DNA from: Ginglymostoma cirratum
Taxonomy: Eukaryota
Assembly (NCBI GenBank): GCA_024137785.1
Contig: JAHRHZ010000038.1
Coordinates: 7,516,444 to 7,580,443, forward strand
Length of the DNA stretch: 64,000 nucleotides
Direction of reading: 5' to 3'
Every line of letters begins with the position of its first letter. The stretch's first letter is position 1. Shown piece after piece: positions 63,505 through 64,000 of this stretch. Under the pieces are notes generated by a model that saw only the letters and a list, made by a program, of their open reading frames with translations, did no database searches and was not told the DNA's origin. The translations under genes and the position numbers were made by a program.

Positions 63505-63960
63505 TGGGATGATGGACACCTGGATAGCCGAACTAGGATATTTATGGCAACTTGTGAATTTGAATTCAGCATAAAAAAAGACACAATATCTTAAAAAAGC
63601 TGAGAGCAGCAAAACTGACCATGATTCTGTCAGATAGTCATAAAAATCCAATGGTTCGCTAAGGCTCTAGAGAGACTGCATTTGGGATATTATGTGTAGT
63701 TTCAGGCCCTGTATCTAAGAAAGGATATGCTGGACCACCTCCAAGGATAGACCCCGAAGGGGTTTCAGAGGGGGTTTACAAAAATGATCCGGGGTTGAAG
63801 GGCTTGTCATATGAGAAGAGGTTGAGGACCTGAGTCTGTACTTGATGGAGTTTAGAAAAATGGGCGGTGTTGGGGTGTGGAATCTGATTGAAACTCGCAG
63901 AACACTGAGAGGCCTGGATCGAGTGGATTTAGAGAAGATGTTTCCACTCGTAGGAGAGAT
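63505..63960 (+). mobile_element. LINE X/SINE head remnant followed by a CR1 fragment
   Basis: 'gaatttgaattcagcataaaa..gaccatga..aaaaatccaatggttcgctaa' then 'ctgtatctaagaaaggatatgctgg..ggcctggatcgagtggat'. Confidence 0.6.
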
Positions 63961-64000
63961 TGCCTCTCTGGGAAGTGAGAAAGCTAATTTCCAGAGTGTG

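Noticed and set aside
1-64000. CRISPR arrays, operons or other prokaryotic systems
   Set aside because: The sequence is eukaryotic intronic DNA with spliceosomal exons; no regularly spaced repeat-spacer arrays

Overview
AT-rich, repeat-dense vertebrate intronic DNA. The repeat families (HE1-like V-SINE, Deu-SINE, CR1, Neptune-type Penelope) point to a cartilaginous fish, most likely a shark (inference). The only host coding sequence is four consecutive + strand exons (32, 76, 48 and 83 nt) of a MICU2-like mitochondrial calcium uniporter regulator, ending in EF-hand 1; no further exon was found in the last ~38 kb. The rest is decayed CR1/Rex1 LINEs, SINEs and Penelope-like elements (PLEs). Four observations stand out. 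(1) Palindromic non-autonomous PLE derivatives are built from two 5'-to-5' joined 3' tails, each with a minimal hammerhead ribozyme motif; two are bounded by exact 14-16 bp target-site duplications, and a hammerhead-bearing RT+GIY-YIG PLE lies nearby. (2) A CR1-group LINE has a tRNA-like SINE head fused almost directly to ORF2, and a head+tail SINE derivative is also present. (3) The 32-nt microexon starts at an AG|GTAAGA recursive-splice-like site. (4) A 64-bp near-perfect inverted repeat pair sits 1.1 kb apart. Repeat boundaries are approximate and family names come from recognition, not database searches.
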